IMG/VR virus record: IMGVR_UViG_3300021256_000063
Coordinates: 1 to 64,000 of that record
DNA from: a virus
Lineage: Duplodnaviria; Heunggongvirae; Uroviricota; Caudoviricetes
Strand: one strand, 5' to 3'
DNA: 64,000 bases
Part shown: one piece after another, positions 20,047 through 28,966 of the stretch
Numbering within the stretch: the stretch's first letter is position 1
Layout: every line of letters begins with the position of its first letter
Made by a program: the position numbers and the translations under genes
Notes under the pieces: model-generated
What the model saw: only the letters and a program-made list of their open reading frames with translations
Told to the model about the DNA's origin: nothing
Database searches by the model: none

Positions 20047-20367
20047 TTAGCAAATAACAAATCCAACTGGATATCCTTTATCATATGAATTACCTGAATC
20101 CCCCAAAAATCGTCCAAATAACAATCTCATATGTTTACTATTACCATAATATTCGTCTGAGAGATACAGGCTTTCTCTATCCAAATCCCTAATATAATCG
20201 CATTTATTTAAAAATAATTCATCTAAATTATTAAAAGGGGTAATGGTTTCTTGTAAATCATATACCGATCCTACTTTACGAAAACAATATTTAAAATCCC
20301 CCTCAATACCATTACATAAACATAACCTATTTCTGGTATCACATGTTTCGCATATTTTATTAATCAT
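20047..20367 (-). CDS. Cys-rich hypothetical protein
   Basis: 106 aa; CETC...CLC. Confidence 0.4.
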   Translation of the reverse strand: MINKICETCDTRNRLCLCNGIEGDFKYCFRKVGSVYDLQETITPFNNLDELFLNKCDYIRDLDRESLYLSDEYYGNSKHMRLLFGRFLGDSGNSYDKGYPVGFVIC

Positions 20368-20707
20368 CGTCTACCTCATCGTCCTCTTCATCGTCATCTT
20401 CAATGTATGCAGGATACTCAGTCCTGACAGCAGAAATACCATCATCGTTTTCATCCTTGGGTTTACGTGCTCTGAAAATAACGGATGTCGGATCGTCAGA
20501 AAAGATAAGCAAATCAAGGGCATTTACATCCTCAGCGGGTGGTTTACCAGTTCGAAAAGGCCAAAGAGCGCACCCTTCTGCTGTACATTTTCTGGACTCT
20601 GCCGCACTCAATGAGCATTGTCTACAACGTGCAATAGCGGCTAATCTCCATGTCAATTTTCTAAAAGGTTTCTTGTCATCTGCCATATTTACTTCTCCAA
20701 TCTCCAA
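20360..20707 (-). CDS. hypothetical protein with a Cys cluster and an acidic tail
   Basis: 115 aa; C-terminal DDDEEDDEVDDD. Confidence 0.4.
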   Translation of the reverse strand: MEIGEVNMADDKKPFRKLTWRLAAIARCRQCSLSAAESRKCTAEGCALWPFRTGKPPAEDVNALDLLIFSDDPTSVIFRARKPKDENDDGISAVRTEYPAYIEDDDEEDDEVDDD

Positions 20708-20933
20708 TCTCCATAATCTTAGCAGCTACATTAAGTCTTAGTCCCGCAAAGGGTGGAAGAGTACTACCCGAACTGTTCTGTGCAAAAGTCATAGGATTTG
20801 CACGCCATCTTTTAATCATCTCTTCTTTACCCAACTCAATACGGTACTGTTTATTAAATAGCTTCTTAAAAAAATACTTAATCTTATTAATCAATCTCTT
20901 CCTATATACTTCTATTTTCATTTTTTCCACCAT
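20676..20933 (-). CDS. hypothetical protein
   Basis: 85 aa ORF. Confidence 0.35.
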   Translation of the reverse strand: MVEKMKIEVYRKRLINKIKYFFKKLFNKQYRIELGKEEMIKRWRANPMTFAQNSSGSTLPPFAGLRLNVAAKIMEIGDWRSKYGR

Positions 20934-21415
20934 TTTTTATAATATTCCAATGTCAAAAACATTATCAATGTATCTATACTTACAAATTTCTTATTAAGTT
21001 TGTTCTCAATCCAAGGATGAAGCGGTTCAACCAAATCCTGCTTTTCAAAAAATCCAATAATTTCTTTCCCTAGCAACCATGCCAACATAATTTCCTGACA
21101 TGTACCTACAGATGTTTTTGCTTTGTTTAAATTCACCACAAAATAATCGCAATTAATAATTCCACAAATATCATATTCATGAGCCAACTGCTGAACTTCA
21201 TCACTTTCGTCCTCAGCATTAAAAACAGTTGGATCAAAGAATTGATAATGACCCATAAAATGTTTCTCTAGAACTTCTCGCCATTCTGTCTGTTCTTTTT
21301 GCGATAATCCTGTCATAGCACCAGACAAAAAAATAGTAGGGCAATTTGTTTCTACCTTATATTTTTGAACCAAATCTTCTAATCTATCATTCCTCATTCG
21401 CTTCCTCTTTCTCAA
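20918..21415 (-). CDS. nucleoside 2-deoxyribosyltransferase-like (NDT/Rcl-like) protein
   Basis: PTIFLSGAMTG resembles the YLAG(P) motif of the NDT/Rcl fold; 165 aa. Confidence 0.5.
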   Translation of the reverse strand: MRKRKRMRNDRLEDLVQKYKVETNCPTIFLSGAMTGLSQKEQTEWREVLEKHFMGHYQFFDPTVFNAEDESDEVQQLAHEYDICGIINCDYFVVNLNKAKTSVGTCQEIMLAWLLGKEIIGFFEKQDLVEPLHPWIENKLNKKFVSIDTLIMFLTLEYYKKWWKK

Positions 21416-21487
21416 GATATATTACAAGACCAACCAACACCCCAACAAATGTTACAAATCCCCCACACAAGAATCCAATCATAAAAC

Positions 21488-21685
21488 TCATACTGTCTTC
21501 TCCTTTGTTACTGCAATTTCTTCAGTCTCTGCGTTTTCTACATCCCTTAAATAATTATCTATTGCTGATACCATTTGCTTAGCAGTTAAATCCCCCTCAA
21601 TAAGATGTCCTTTTAGAAAATATAAAATAGATTCTACATGCCACTGAGGAATATAAATATTTGGTTTCTTATTCTGACTCTCCAT
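21488..21685 (-). CDS. hypothetical protein
   Basis: 65 aa ORF. Confidence 0.35.
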   Translation of the reverse strand: MESQNKKPNIYIPQWHVESILYFLKGHLIEGDLTAKQMVSAIDNYLRDVENAETEEIAVTKEKTV

Positions 21686-21860
21686 TTAGTTTATCTCCAA
21701 TCTCTGCAACAATTTCATATGTACTGCCCACTAAACGCATAACCACATTTAATGCCTGAATTATCTTATACTCAGAAAGATTCCACGGATTAGCCATTGC
21801 TTTCTGAATCTGATCATACGCATAATCCATATCACGTTCGTACCGCTCTTTATATGTCAT
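21669..21860 (-). CDS. hypothetical protein
   Basis: 63 aa ORF. Confidence 0.35.
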   Translation of the reverse strand: MTYKERYERDMDYAYDQIQKAMANPWNLSEYKIIQALNVVMRLVGSTYEIVAEIGDKLNGESE

Positions 21861-22108
21861 TCTGTAACCCCCTCAAGATTTTTGTTCCACCAATCAATTA
21901 CTTTCTTAATTGAACGGAATTTGTGTGCATCCAGAGCATGATAACTATCCGTAGATGGATCATATTCACCTACTTCAACCTCATACCATGCGTCATCCTT
22001 ACACACATTAAAATAGAAGAGAAGAGTAGCCTCTTTATTACCCTCAAAATGTTTAGAATACAGCGTGATATCCTGAATTCCATTCTTAATATCCTCAATA
22101 GTTAACAT
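21857..22108 (-). CDS. hypothetical protein
   Basis: 83 aa ORF. Confidence 0.4.
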   Translation of the reverse strand: MLTIEDIKNGIQDITLYSKHFEGNKEATLLFYFNVCKDDAWYEVEVGEYDPSTDSYHALDAHKFRSIKKVIDWWNKNLEGVTE

Positions 22109-22476
22109 AGGCCATTCCTTTCTGCTTCCGCTTCAGCACGCATGTCACATGCAATTTTAATTGCCTGTTCTGGAGTATCAGCATAAATAATGAAGAAGCC
22201 GGGGTACTCCATTACATTTTCATAATAATAATCATAGAATCCATCATAATCATATTCGCAGACAGGGGCATTTTTCACATTAAAATCTACAGTGTATCGC
22301 AACTTCTGTGTCTGAAATTGATCTGTATCATATGGCGTATAAGTCGCGCTGTTTTTAAAAATTAATCGTCCCCCTTCAATTGCCTTGCAAATTTCTTTTG
22401 CTTTATCTTCACTATCCGTCACGCCAACCACATGACGATCACTGTATTGCCCCGTTTCTATTACATATACTAACAT
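22102..22476 (-). CDS. hypothetical protein
   Basis: 124 aa ORF. Confidence 0.45.
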   Translation of the reverse strand: MLVYVIETGQYSDRHVVGVTDSEDKAKEICKAIEGGRLIFKNSATYTPYDTDQFQTQKLRYTVDFNVKNAPVCEYDYDGFYDYYYENVMEYPGFFIIYADTPEQAIKIACDMRAEAEAERNGLC

Positions 22477-22481
22477 TTTAA

Positions 22482-22730
22482 TTATCTCCTGTCAATTAAA
22501 GATTTCCAACATTTTTCACATAAAATAAAGGAGAATTTGTAGGTTGTCTTATCATTAATAATGTCTGTCTTTATAGCAGCACCGTTTGCTTTACCACACG
22601 AATCACATGTTGCAAATTTAGTAAGATAAAACTTTGAAGACATTTTAAACATAGCTGCCCCCTGATCAATTAAAGAAGTCCAGTGATGTTGTTGCGTTAT
22701 TTGTATGTTCAAAAATAACGGTAACGCCAT
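22482..22730 (-). CDS. hypothetical Cys-containing protein
   Basis: 82 aa; CDSCG...CEKC. Confidence 0.4.
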   Translation of the reverse strand: MALPLFLNIQITQQHHWTSLIDQGAAMFKMSSKFYLTKFATCDSCGKANGAAIKTDIINDKTTYKFSFILCEKCWKSLIDRR

Positions 22731-23010
22731 CTTCCCAATCTCGACTTGGACGGATTACTGTTCTAGATGGAATAAATCCTTCAATAATAATAACATCCTT
22801 CTCATTAATAATAGCGGTATGCATAGCGCTCTTAATAATTAAACGATCAATCTTATCATCATAATAAATATCCTTAGAATGTTCATTAATTAAATTATGA
22901 GGGTTTAGTGTCTTACCCCAAACATCCAGTTCTTCTTTTGGAGTTACATGTTCTATATGCACACACTCGTATTTTTTTATCAGTGCCTCAAGTTGATCTG
23001 AAATTATCAT
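22666..23010 (-). CDS. hypothetical protein
   Basis: 114 aa ORF; an internal start is possible. Confidence 0.4.
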   Translation of the reverse strand: MIISDQLEALIKKYECVHIEHVTPKEELDVWGKTLNPHNLINEHSKDIYYDDKIDRLIIKSAMHTAIINEKDVIIIEGFIPSRTVIRPSRDWEDGVTVIFEHTNNATTSLDFFN

Positions 23011-23049
23011 ATATCATCCCCCTTGTTCGTTCGACTAAATTTAATATTA

Positions 23050-23742
23050 TTAAGTGTCAATTTGTGCGTTCGGCTCATTCCTCATTTTCTCAAAGATAGC
23101 GGCGATTTCAGGAAAATGGCGACCTGTCCTCACGCAGCTATTCTTCTTGGCACTTGTGGATATCCCGTTTTCCGTTACGAATCCGTAACAGTAAACGTCT
23201 TCTTCATTGTCGCCATAGCCAAAACCTGTCACGATAAACGGTTTCTTTTCAAACGCATTGACTTCATTCCCAATCTTGATTTCCTCTTGCTTGTCCTCAT
23301 ACTCTTTGATTTTGGCAACAACGTCAGTGGCGGTATAATACATATAGCAGTCCATTCTTGTTTCTTTGTAAAAAATCTTATGTAATGTACTTATGTCGAT
23401 TTCCCACAGCTTCCTCGCCGCCTCCCAAGCATCGGACAAGCCCTTCTGATAGAATTCTTCTTCTTTCTCATGCACAATATCTTTCCAACTTTCGTCTCCT
23501 ACGAAATATCCATCGTGATACCCCTTGTCATATGCTTCTTTCTTCACACGCTCAAGATTGGGTTCAGTATAGGGCATCAGCATATTCAATCCATTCCAAT
23601 CGAATACAAGACTGTTAAACCCTTTTACCCTAAAAAGTTTTTCAGATGTGAAACCGTCTTCGCTCAACAGCTCAAACGGTTTGTCTTCCACCTCTATAAT
23701 ATATTTTGTTCCCATATCACACCTCAATGTACCACTACACAA
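23050..23742 (-). CDS. hypothetical protein
   Basis: 230 aa ORF; the true start is probably the MGTKY Met near 23715. Confidence 0.5.
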   Translation of the reverse strand: MCSGTLRCDMGTKYIIEVEDKPFELLSEDGFTSEKLFRVKGFNSLVFDWNGLNMLMPYTEPNLERVKKEAYDKGYHDGYFVGDESWKDIVHEKEEEFYQKGLSDAWEAARKLWEIDISTLHKIFYKETRMDCYMYYTATDVVAKIKEYEDKQEEIKIGNEVNAFEKKPFIVTGFGYGDNEEDVYCYGFVTENGISTSAKKNSCVRTGRHFPEIAAIFEKMRNEPNAQIDT

Positions 23743-23874
23743 TCAATAATGTTCAAATTATAAAATGCAATCCATGCTTCATTCTTCTTTACGACAAAAA
23801 GCCCATCATTTACTTCATAATCATCCCAATATTTCTGAGGAATGACGTCAGACTTACCATCATAAAAATAAATC

Positions 23875-24066
23875 TTAATTTTCTGCTTCTTCTTTTTTGC
23901 CATATGTTACCCCCCTATTATTTAATACTAAATTAATAATTGCCAATACAATAACACCTGTATGCATTAGAATTCCTGCCAAATTATCTTTTTCTCTAAA
24001 ATTTAAACACCACAGATTAAGCACAATTATAATAAACATGACTAAATCCCAGCTTTTAGTACTCAT
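23875..24066 (-). CDS. small two-TM membrane protein
   Basis: 63 aa with hydrophobic segments. Confidence 0.4.
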   Translation of the reverse strand: MSTKSWDLVMFIIIVLNLWCLNFREKDNLAGILMHTGVIVLAIINLVLNNRGVTYGKKEEAEN

Positions 24067-24241
24067 ATATTTCTCTCCTTATTTTTCACTATGTGCTAAT
24101 GCACCCGCAGCCACAATTGCAAGAGCCAGAACTTGTGTATTCTGAGACGGGAATTTAGTAGAATGACAGAACATAATCAACATAATAACCGAAAATAGCC
24201 ACATAGCTATTATTGCTTTAAGAAATTCCATGTTTTACCTC

Positions 24242-24463
24242 TTATTTCTCTTTGTGAATCATCAGTGTTCCATCCACATTATATCGTGGACAGACGCCCA
24301 CACCATGAGACACACGTACTACCACATATTCAACGTTGGTTGCTTCATCGACAAAAACTATGATATCATCATTCCTGCTCCATCCATATTCAGCATCTTT
24401 CCATCCGCAGAGAGATAGAACAAGTAAGATAGATGCAATGATTGTTATAATAGTTTTCTTCAT
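24242..24463 (-). CDS. small lipoprotein
   Basis: MKKTIITIIASILLVLSLCGW carries a lipobox (LSLC). Confidence 0.5.
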   Translation of the reverse strand: MKKTIITIIASILLVLSLCGWKDAEYGWSRNDDIIVFVDEATNVEYVVVRVSHGVGVCPRYNVDGTLMIHKEK

Positions 24464-24474
24464 GCTCTTGCTCC

Positions 24475-24672
24475 TTATCTATTGTTCATTCTTTTAATAT
24501 TAATATTTACCACATGCGGATCGGGACATTCATGTGGTCTTACTTCTCCATAAAACCCCTGTATTGAAGTAATATAATATTCTTCTCCATTTTCATTTGT
24601 AACCGTTATTACCGCATCTTGATAAAGGGTTTCCATATCTTTTAATTGCTTAATCAACTTTTTTAATGTCAT
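24475..24672 (-). CDS. hypothetical protein
   Basis: A GGGAGGAG site precedes MTLKKLIK. Confidence 0.4.
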   Translation of the reverse strand: MTLKKLIKQLKDMETLYQDAVITVTNENGEEYYITSIQGFYGEVRPHECPDPHVVNINIKRMNNR

Positions 24673-24699
24673 ATTTCTCACTCCTCCCTCTCACTATAC

Positions 24700-24855
24700 T
24701 TATCCATCGGTTTCCTCTTCATACTTGTCACACTCTATGTAAAATCGCCAGCTCCCGTTTTTGCATGAAACAAGGTGATTACCACCCATATCAAGTCCCC
24801 ACGTTTTGAGGTTTTGGCAGGACTTACACTGCTCTGGAAGGTCATTATATCTCAT
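24700..24855 (-). CDS. small Cys-rich protein (51 aa), absent from the ORF track
   Basis: Manual translation gives MRYNDLPEQCKSCQNLKTW...CKNGSWRFYIECDKYEEETDG, preceded by a GGAGAGGAG site. Confidence 0.35.
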   Translation of the reverse strand: MRYNDLPEQCKSCQNLKTWGLDMGGNHLVSCKNGSWRFYIECDKYEEETDG

Positions 24856-24873
24856 GCTTATCACTCCTCTCCA

Positions 24874-25029
24874 TCATGTGATCGCCAAACACACTGCAAC
24901 TACAAAGCACGCAAGTGCCCAGACACAAGTTTTCGGACGGACTTCTGACACAGCGTCCCACATCAACGCACCAGCTACAAATCCAATTATTGTATGGGCG
25001 TGTGATGCTATAAAAACAGTAATATCCAT
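24874..25029 (-). CDS. small membrane protein (51 aa), absent from the ORF track
   Basis: Manual translation gives MDITVFIASHAHTIIGFVAGALMWD..., preceded by AAGGAG. Confidence 0.35.
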   Translation of the reverse strand: MDITVFIASHAHTIIGFVAGALMWDAVSEVRPKTCVWALACFVVAVCLAIT

Positions 25030-25041
25030 GCTTCTAACTCC

Positions 25042-25221
25042 TTACATGCAAAACACCGCAAAGGTAATGCCATATATTACAGACCCTATAAACCACGCAA
25101 ATATGCCCCAGTCATTTTTATCAAAATCAGTTATTACACCACCACAACATGCTGTTACAAATGCAAAAGAGAGTGCTGATGTAATAAATAATCCAATTGC
25201 GGTAAAAATATTATTACTCAA
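25042..25221 (-). CDS. small membrane protein with a TTG start (59 aa), absent from the ORF track
   Basis: GAAAGGAAGGAG then 9 nt then TTG, giving LSNNIFTAIGLFITSALSFAFVTACCGG... Confidence 0.3.
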   Translation of the reverse strand: MSNNIFTAIGLFITSALSFAFVTACCGGVITDFDKNDWGIFAWFIGSVIYGITFAVFCM

Positions 25222-25227
25222 TCCTAT

Positions 25228-25506
25228 TTACTCCTTCCTTTCGCCGTAACTGCAAAATCCGTCCAACTGTGCTGTAATCATACCGTCATCATGTGAACAA
25301 GCGTGAGGCGACATAAAATGCTTGCAGTCCCGGCATCTGACCACCTCCACAATATCTCCCCTGTTTTTATAATCCTTAAGTTCTTTAAGCCATTTTGCAA
25401 GTTGAACATGCTCTTCTCCACACTGAACACACTTTGCATTGTTTTCATTTTTAAGGTTTCGAATAGCCACTTCCTCACAATGAATAATCGCTTCGTCTAT
25501 CGTCAT
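25228..25506 (-). CDS. Cys-rich small protein, family C (C-terminal DGFCSYGERKE)
   Basis: CVQCG...CRDCKHF...FCSYGERKE; paralogous to the genes at 26393..26773 and 26967..27230. Confidence 0.5.
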   Translation of the reverse strand: MTIDEAIIHCEEVAIRNLKNENNAKCVQCGEEHVQLAKWLKELKDYKNRGDIVEVVRCRDCKHFMSPHACSHDDGMITAQLDGFCSYGERKE

Positions 25507-25539
25507 ATCCTATGCCTCCTTATATCCGAATTACATCTT

Positions 25540-25869
25540 TCAATGAAATCCATCCTGCTCACTCCTCTCCATGCTACTCAAAAAGCATCCACCCGTGTCG
25601 GGGTAAAACAGTCCGCCGTATTGCGTGCCATCTTCCTCTATGAGGATTCTGCCAACTCTTGTCATTCCTTTCGGTACTGTGACTGTCAGTGTACCGTCAG
25701 GCTCGATGGAATACGGAACAACATCTGCGGCAGGTGTTTTTAAGAGCAGAGATACTTCTTCACACCAGTCATCGCCCTCTTGTATTGTTGAACATGACTC
25801 TGGTTTGTCTACTGCGCAACTGGAGCAAATCATTTTAATCGCCGCCTGTTTCTCGATATACTCAGCCAT
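25540..25869 (-). CDS. hypothetical protein, family B (PYSIxxDGTLT motif)
   Basis: VVPYSIEPDGTLTVTVPKG...EEDGTQYGGLFY; paralog of the gene at 26712..26960. Confidence 0.5.
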   Translation of the reverse strand: MAEYIEKQAAIKMICSSCAVDKPESCSTIQEGDDWCEEVSLLLKTPAADVVPYSIEPDGTLTVTVPKGMTRVGRILIEEDGTQYGGLFYPDTGGCFLSSMERSEQDGFH

Positions 25870-26119
25870 CGGTTTCCTCCTTTACAGGAATTTCTGATAT
25901 AGCATCCCATAAATCGCTGTAATCGTTATACCCAATGCCATCTCTATTTCTGATTTCATCCAATATTTGCAAAGCGTATTCTTTTTCGCTCATATTACCC
26001 TCTTTTTTCTTCGTTAAACATCTCTTTACCATTTTCGCAGTAAAAGCATTACAATAAATATCATGCCCATCTTGTTGAATAGCAATATTCAGTTCTTCAA
26101 TAAAATCAGATAATGTCAT
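25862..26119 (-). CDS. hypothetical protein
   Basis: 85 aa ORF. Confidence 0.4.
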   Translation of the reverse strand: MTLSDFIEELNIAIQQDGHDIYCNAFTAKMVKRCLTKKKEGNMSEKEYALQILDEIRNRDGIGYNDYSDLWDAISEIPVKEETDG

Positions 26120-26403
26120 CCTTCTTTACCTCTTTTTTGATTATTTATCAGTTCAAACATTGCATAAAAACCTTCGCACATCTTGTCAAAAAGAATTTTA
26201 TCTTTCTCTGGTAAATTTTCAACTTTATCACTCACTTCTTTTATTGGGCACCACTTAGGTCTTGAATCTAAAGATACTTCAAAAGCAGTAATATCAAGTA
26301 TTTCTTTTTCTTTAGGCATAGGCATTCCGCAGATAAACAAATCATTATTTATCTGTTTCCTACTGGCGCATAAACCGCAATTAACTGGGACTTCAAATTT
26401 CAT
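26116..26403 (-). CDS. hypothetical Cys-containing protein
   Basis: Internal start MKFEVPV, chosen because AAAGGAAGGAG lies upstream. The longer track ORF would overlap the gene at 26393..26773. Confidence 0.4.
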   Translation of the reverse strand: MKFEVPVNCGLCASRKQINNDLFICGMPMPKEKEILDITAFEVSLDSRPKWCPIKEVSDKVENLPEKDKILFDKMCEGFYAMFELINNQKRGKEG

Positions 26404-26773
26404 ATGCGCTCTCCTTCCTTTCGCCGTAACTGCAAAAATCATTTTTACCCCATGCATGCCCAAAACCTTGTCCGTCTTTGGCATAGCAATAACCGTAATT
26501 ACCATCATTATCCTGCCAATATTCACACTCTCCACATCTGACCACAGGAGCCACAGCTGCGGCGGGAATGTCATGCAGTCCTTTATAAACATCTTTTGCT
26601 TTATACAAGCCTGTATCCGAGTTTGCTCCGTCAACAAGCTGTCCTATTCTGTTTACCTGATACCATGTCATGCTCTCGAAGAAGTTAATGGCATCCTCTC
26701 TGCTAATATAATCACTCTGCATAATACAATCCTCCCCAATGTGTTTCATCTTCTTGTACAAGCACTCTGTCAA
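26393..26773 (-). CDS. Cys-rich small protein, family C
   Basis: RCGECEYW...DFCSYGERKE; the start may be an internal Met. Confidence 0.5.
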   Translation of the reverse strand: MTECLYKKMKHIGEDCIMQSDYISREDAINFFESMTWYQVNRIGQLVDGANSDTGLYKAKDVYKGLHDIPAAAVAPVVRCGECEYWQDNDGNYGYCYAKDGQGFGHAWGKNDFCSYGERKESAYEI

Positions 26774-26960
26774 CTTTTATACCTCTCGGTATTGTAATTG
26801 TCAGTGTTCCGTCAGACTTAATTGAATATGGAATAACACCTGTTGCGGGAAGAGTTTTAATAGTAGGCATTGATTTAACAAGATTTGCTATCCGTTCACG
26901 GCTATCAAGTCTATCTCTCCATACATGCTCTATAAGTTCGTCAGCATCGATAACTCTCAT
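26712..26960 (-). CDS. hypothetical protein, family B
   Basis: VIPYSIKSDGTLTITIPRG...QEDETHWGGLYY. Confidence 0.5.
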   Translation of the reverse strand: MRVIDADELIEHVWRDRLDSRERIANLVKSMPTIKTLPATGVIPYSIKSDGTLTITIPRGIKVDRVLVQEDETHWGGLYYAE

Positions 26961-26966
26961 AAATTC

Positions 26967-27230
26967 TTACTTCTTTCCACAAGCACAATAAAAATCAGGT
27001 TTTACTATTCCAGCCATAAACGGGTGTTCACACCAGTCAGAATATAAATCTTCATCATAAATATGGTATTTACAGTCTTTACATTTCACGATATTAATAG
27101 TTTCTATCTTCTCAATATCTTCTACATCTACTGCTTCTACACCGCTAGGATAAGGATTTTGTACAGTATATCTATCACCATGCCAGTATGCTCCATCAAG
27201 TACGTCTTCCTTTTTTATATATTCAGCCAT
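26967..27230 (-). CDS. Cys-rich small protein, family C-like
   Basis: KCKDCKYH...DFYCACGKK. Confidence 0.45.
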   Translation of the reverse strand: MAEYIKKEDVLDGAYWHGDRYTVQNPYPSGVEAVDVEDIEKIETINIVKCKDCKYHIYDEDLYSDWCEHPFMAGIVKPDFYCACGKK

Positions 27231-27636
27231 TTTCCTCTAATTCCTCACATTCAATACTAAAAAGGCCGCTCCACATATTTGCATCTAGATCATCCCAATT
27301 ATTTGGATTAGTCACTCGCTTTACTGTATTATATTCAGCTTTTGTAAGCATCATCGTTCCGCATGTGAAATCTTCAGCAGACAGGCACAAGTCACATTTA
27401 TACTTATCATTTGTCCGCTCAGCCAGACCATATCCTAATTCATCAAGCTGCTGGATAGCTACATCACGTTCCCAAACAACCTGACCTAGTACACACAATG
27501 CATTAATTGCCTGATCAAGTGCCTCAATTTTAGGATATGGTGGGTTCTTATATAACAGCGGATTAGATCGATATTCCAACATCAGGTCTTGTCTTAAATC
27601 ATTTAACAATTTAATTGTATCTTGTTTATTTTTCAT
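27223..27636 (-). CDS. hypothetical protein
   Basis: 137 aa ORF. Confidence 0.45.
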   Translation of the reverse strand: MKNKQDTIKLLNDLRQDLMLEYRSNPLLYKNPPYPKIEALDQAINALCVLGQVVWERDVAIQQLDELGYGLAERTNDKYKCDLCLSAEDFTCGTMMLTKAEYNTVKRVTNPNNWDDLDANMWSGLFSIECEELEENG

Positions 27637-27637
27637 G

Positions 27638-27997
27638 TTAATAGCTGTCCTTTACTCTATATTTCCACATAATTCGTATAATACCGTATCTCTCGATATA
27701 ATCATCTTCTGTAACTATCTTTAAATAAATAGTACGCCATGTCACACCATGTTTAAAATCGTTATGTTCTTTTTGAATACGTGCGACAATCTTATTAGCA
27801 ATTTTCATAGCCAATTCTTTATCAGTTGTATCAATATAGAAATCAAATACTTCTGTATAATGATAATGTTCATAATCCACACGGATGCCATCTACCATTA
27901 GCACCAAGCCAGTAGGCACCGTAATATTAGGTGGAATATAAAATTGAATGTCATCTGCTTTAGTATCATGTTGCATATATTTTTCCCTCGTTTTCAT
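27638..27997 (-). CDS. hypothetical protein
   Basis: 119 aa ORF. Confidence 0.45.
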   Translation of the reverse strand: MKTREKYMQHDTKADDIQFYIPPNITVPTGLVLMVDGIRVDYEHYHYTEVFDFYIDTTDKELAMKIANKIVARIQKEHNDFKHGVTWRTIYLKIVTEDDYIERYGIIRIMWKYRVKDSY

Positions 27998-28196
27998 CTA
28001 ATACGCCACGATCACAAAATCCTGCATCTACTGTATTATCATGTATTATCCAGTCATGTTCCAAATAACCATCATCATCCCATTCCACATATTCTTCAAA
28101 ACACATAGGACAATTATCTGTACATCTATTTTTACAATTTCTGCAATACACAATGTTCAAAACTTTATTTCTCCCTTTTTTAAGCGCCGACCACAA
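27966..28196 (-). CDS. Cys-rich small protein
   Basis: 76 aa; CRNCKNRCTDNCPMC. Confidence 0.4.
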   Translation of the reverse strand: MWSALKKGRNKVLNIVYCRNCKNRCTDNCPMCFEEYVEWDDDGYLEHDWIIHDNTVDAGFCDRGVLDENEGKIYAT

Positions 28197-28465
28197 ATAG
28201 GACAGTAGTGAATATCTCTAATATAGTCAAAACCGATACCACCATCCCAATCATTCATTTCATATAAAGTGTCACCATCTTCATGATTTGCGCAAAACTC
28301 ACAATAATGATGTTTGTCTGTTTCAACATCAATAGTTGATAATGAGCGGAATCGCTTAATATCTGCACATTCTTCATCAATTACACAAGGAGAAGGAGCG
28401 TAGCCACATTCAATCGAACAAAACATTTTAATAACATCATCGAGTTTAACATATTTATCGGACAT
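28157..28465 (-). CDS. Cys-rich zinc-ribbon-like protein
   Basis: 102 aa; CEFCANH...CPICG. Confidence 0.4.
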   Translation of the reverse strand: MSDKYVKLDDVIKMFCSIECGYAPSPCVIDEECADIKRFRSLSTIDVETDKHHYCEFCANHEDGDTLYEMNDWDGGIGFDYIRDIHYCPICGRRLKKGEIKF

Positions 28466-28508
28466 TTAATTATCACCTCTCATAATATAGCATATTTTTA
28501 TGCTCATT

Positions 28509-28751
28509 TCAAGCCCTTTTATATTTCCCAATTGACCCATCTTCAAATTCAATCATAATATATTCAGGATACTTTTGTTCTTTATAAAACTTATATCCTG
28601 TAATTGGTTTCCTTGCTTTTGGTAAGATGTGTGCAGCCTCACATTTTTCTGCGGCAGACCGATCTCTATATACAATGCCACAGATTTCACACTGATATTG
28701 ATTAAGTTCTTTCATATTATATATCCTCATTACCACCTTATAATAACCCAC
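28509..28751 (-). CDS. hypothetical Cys-containing protein
   Basis: 80 aa ORF. Confidence 0.4.
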   Translation of the reverse strand: MGYYKVVMRIYNMKELNQYQCEICGIVYRDRSAAEKCEAAHILPKARKPITGYKFYKEQKYPEYIMIEFEDGSIGKYKRA

Positions 28752-28957
28752 GGCTGATTGTACTGATTTCCTGTCTGCACATCATAGCCCAATTCTTTAA
28801 GCTTCTTTATCTGAAGAGCGGTCAATGATCCTTCAAAAGAATATTCAAATTCCCCTTGTTTTGCGCATTCTTCCATCCGTTCTACCATTTCTCCAATATG
28901 AGAATCAATAAATTTTTCTGCTATTTCTCGCATCATGGCAGCTGTTTTAAAACTCAT
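28730..28957 (-). CDS. small protein, family A (C-terminal LGY-x-V...W-x-I-x-W)
   Basis: KKLKELGYDVQTGNQYNQPWVIIRW; member of a tandem paralog array. Confidence 0.5.
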   Translation of the reverse strand: MSFKTAAMMREIAEKFIDSHIGEMVERMEECAKQGEFEYSFEGSLTALQIKKLKELGYDVQTGNQYNQPWVIIRW

Positions 28958-28966
28958 ATCTTCACC

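Noticed and set aside
1380-23800. Many plus-strand track ORFs (for example 1380..1622, 1540..1899, 2400..2732, 10291..10695, 15487..15903, 23023..23385) lie inside minus-strand genes.
   Set aside because: They are antisense to longer ORFs with clear ribosome-binding sites. They have low-complexity, Ile/Leu/Phe-rich translations typical of AT-rich antisense frames, and no binding sites of their own.
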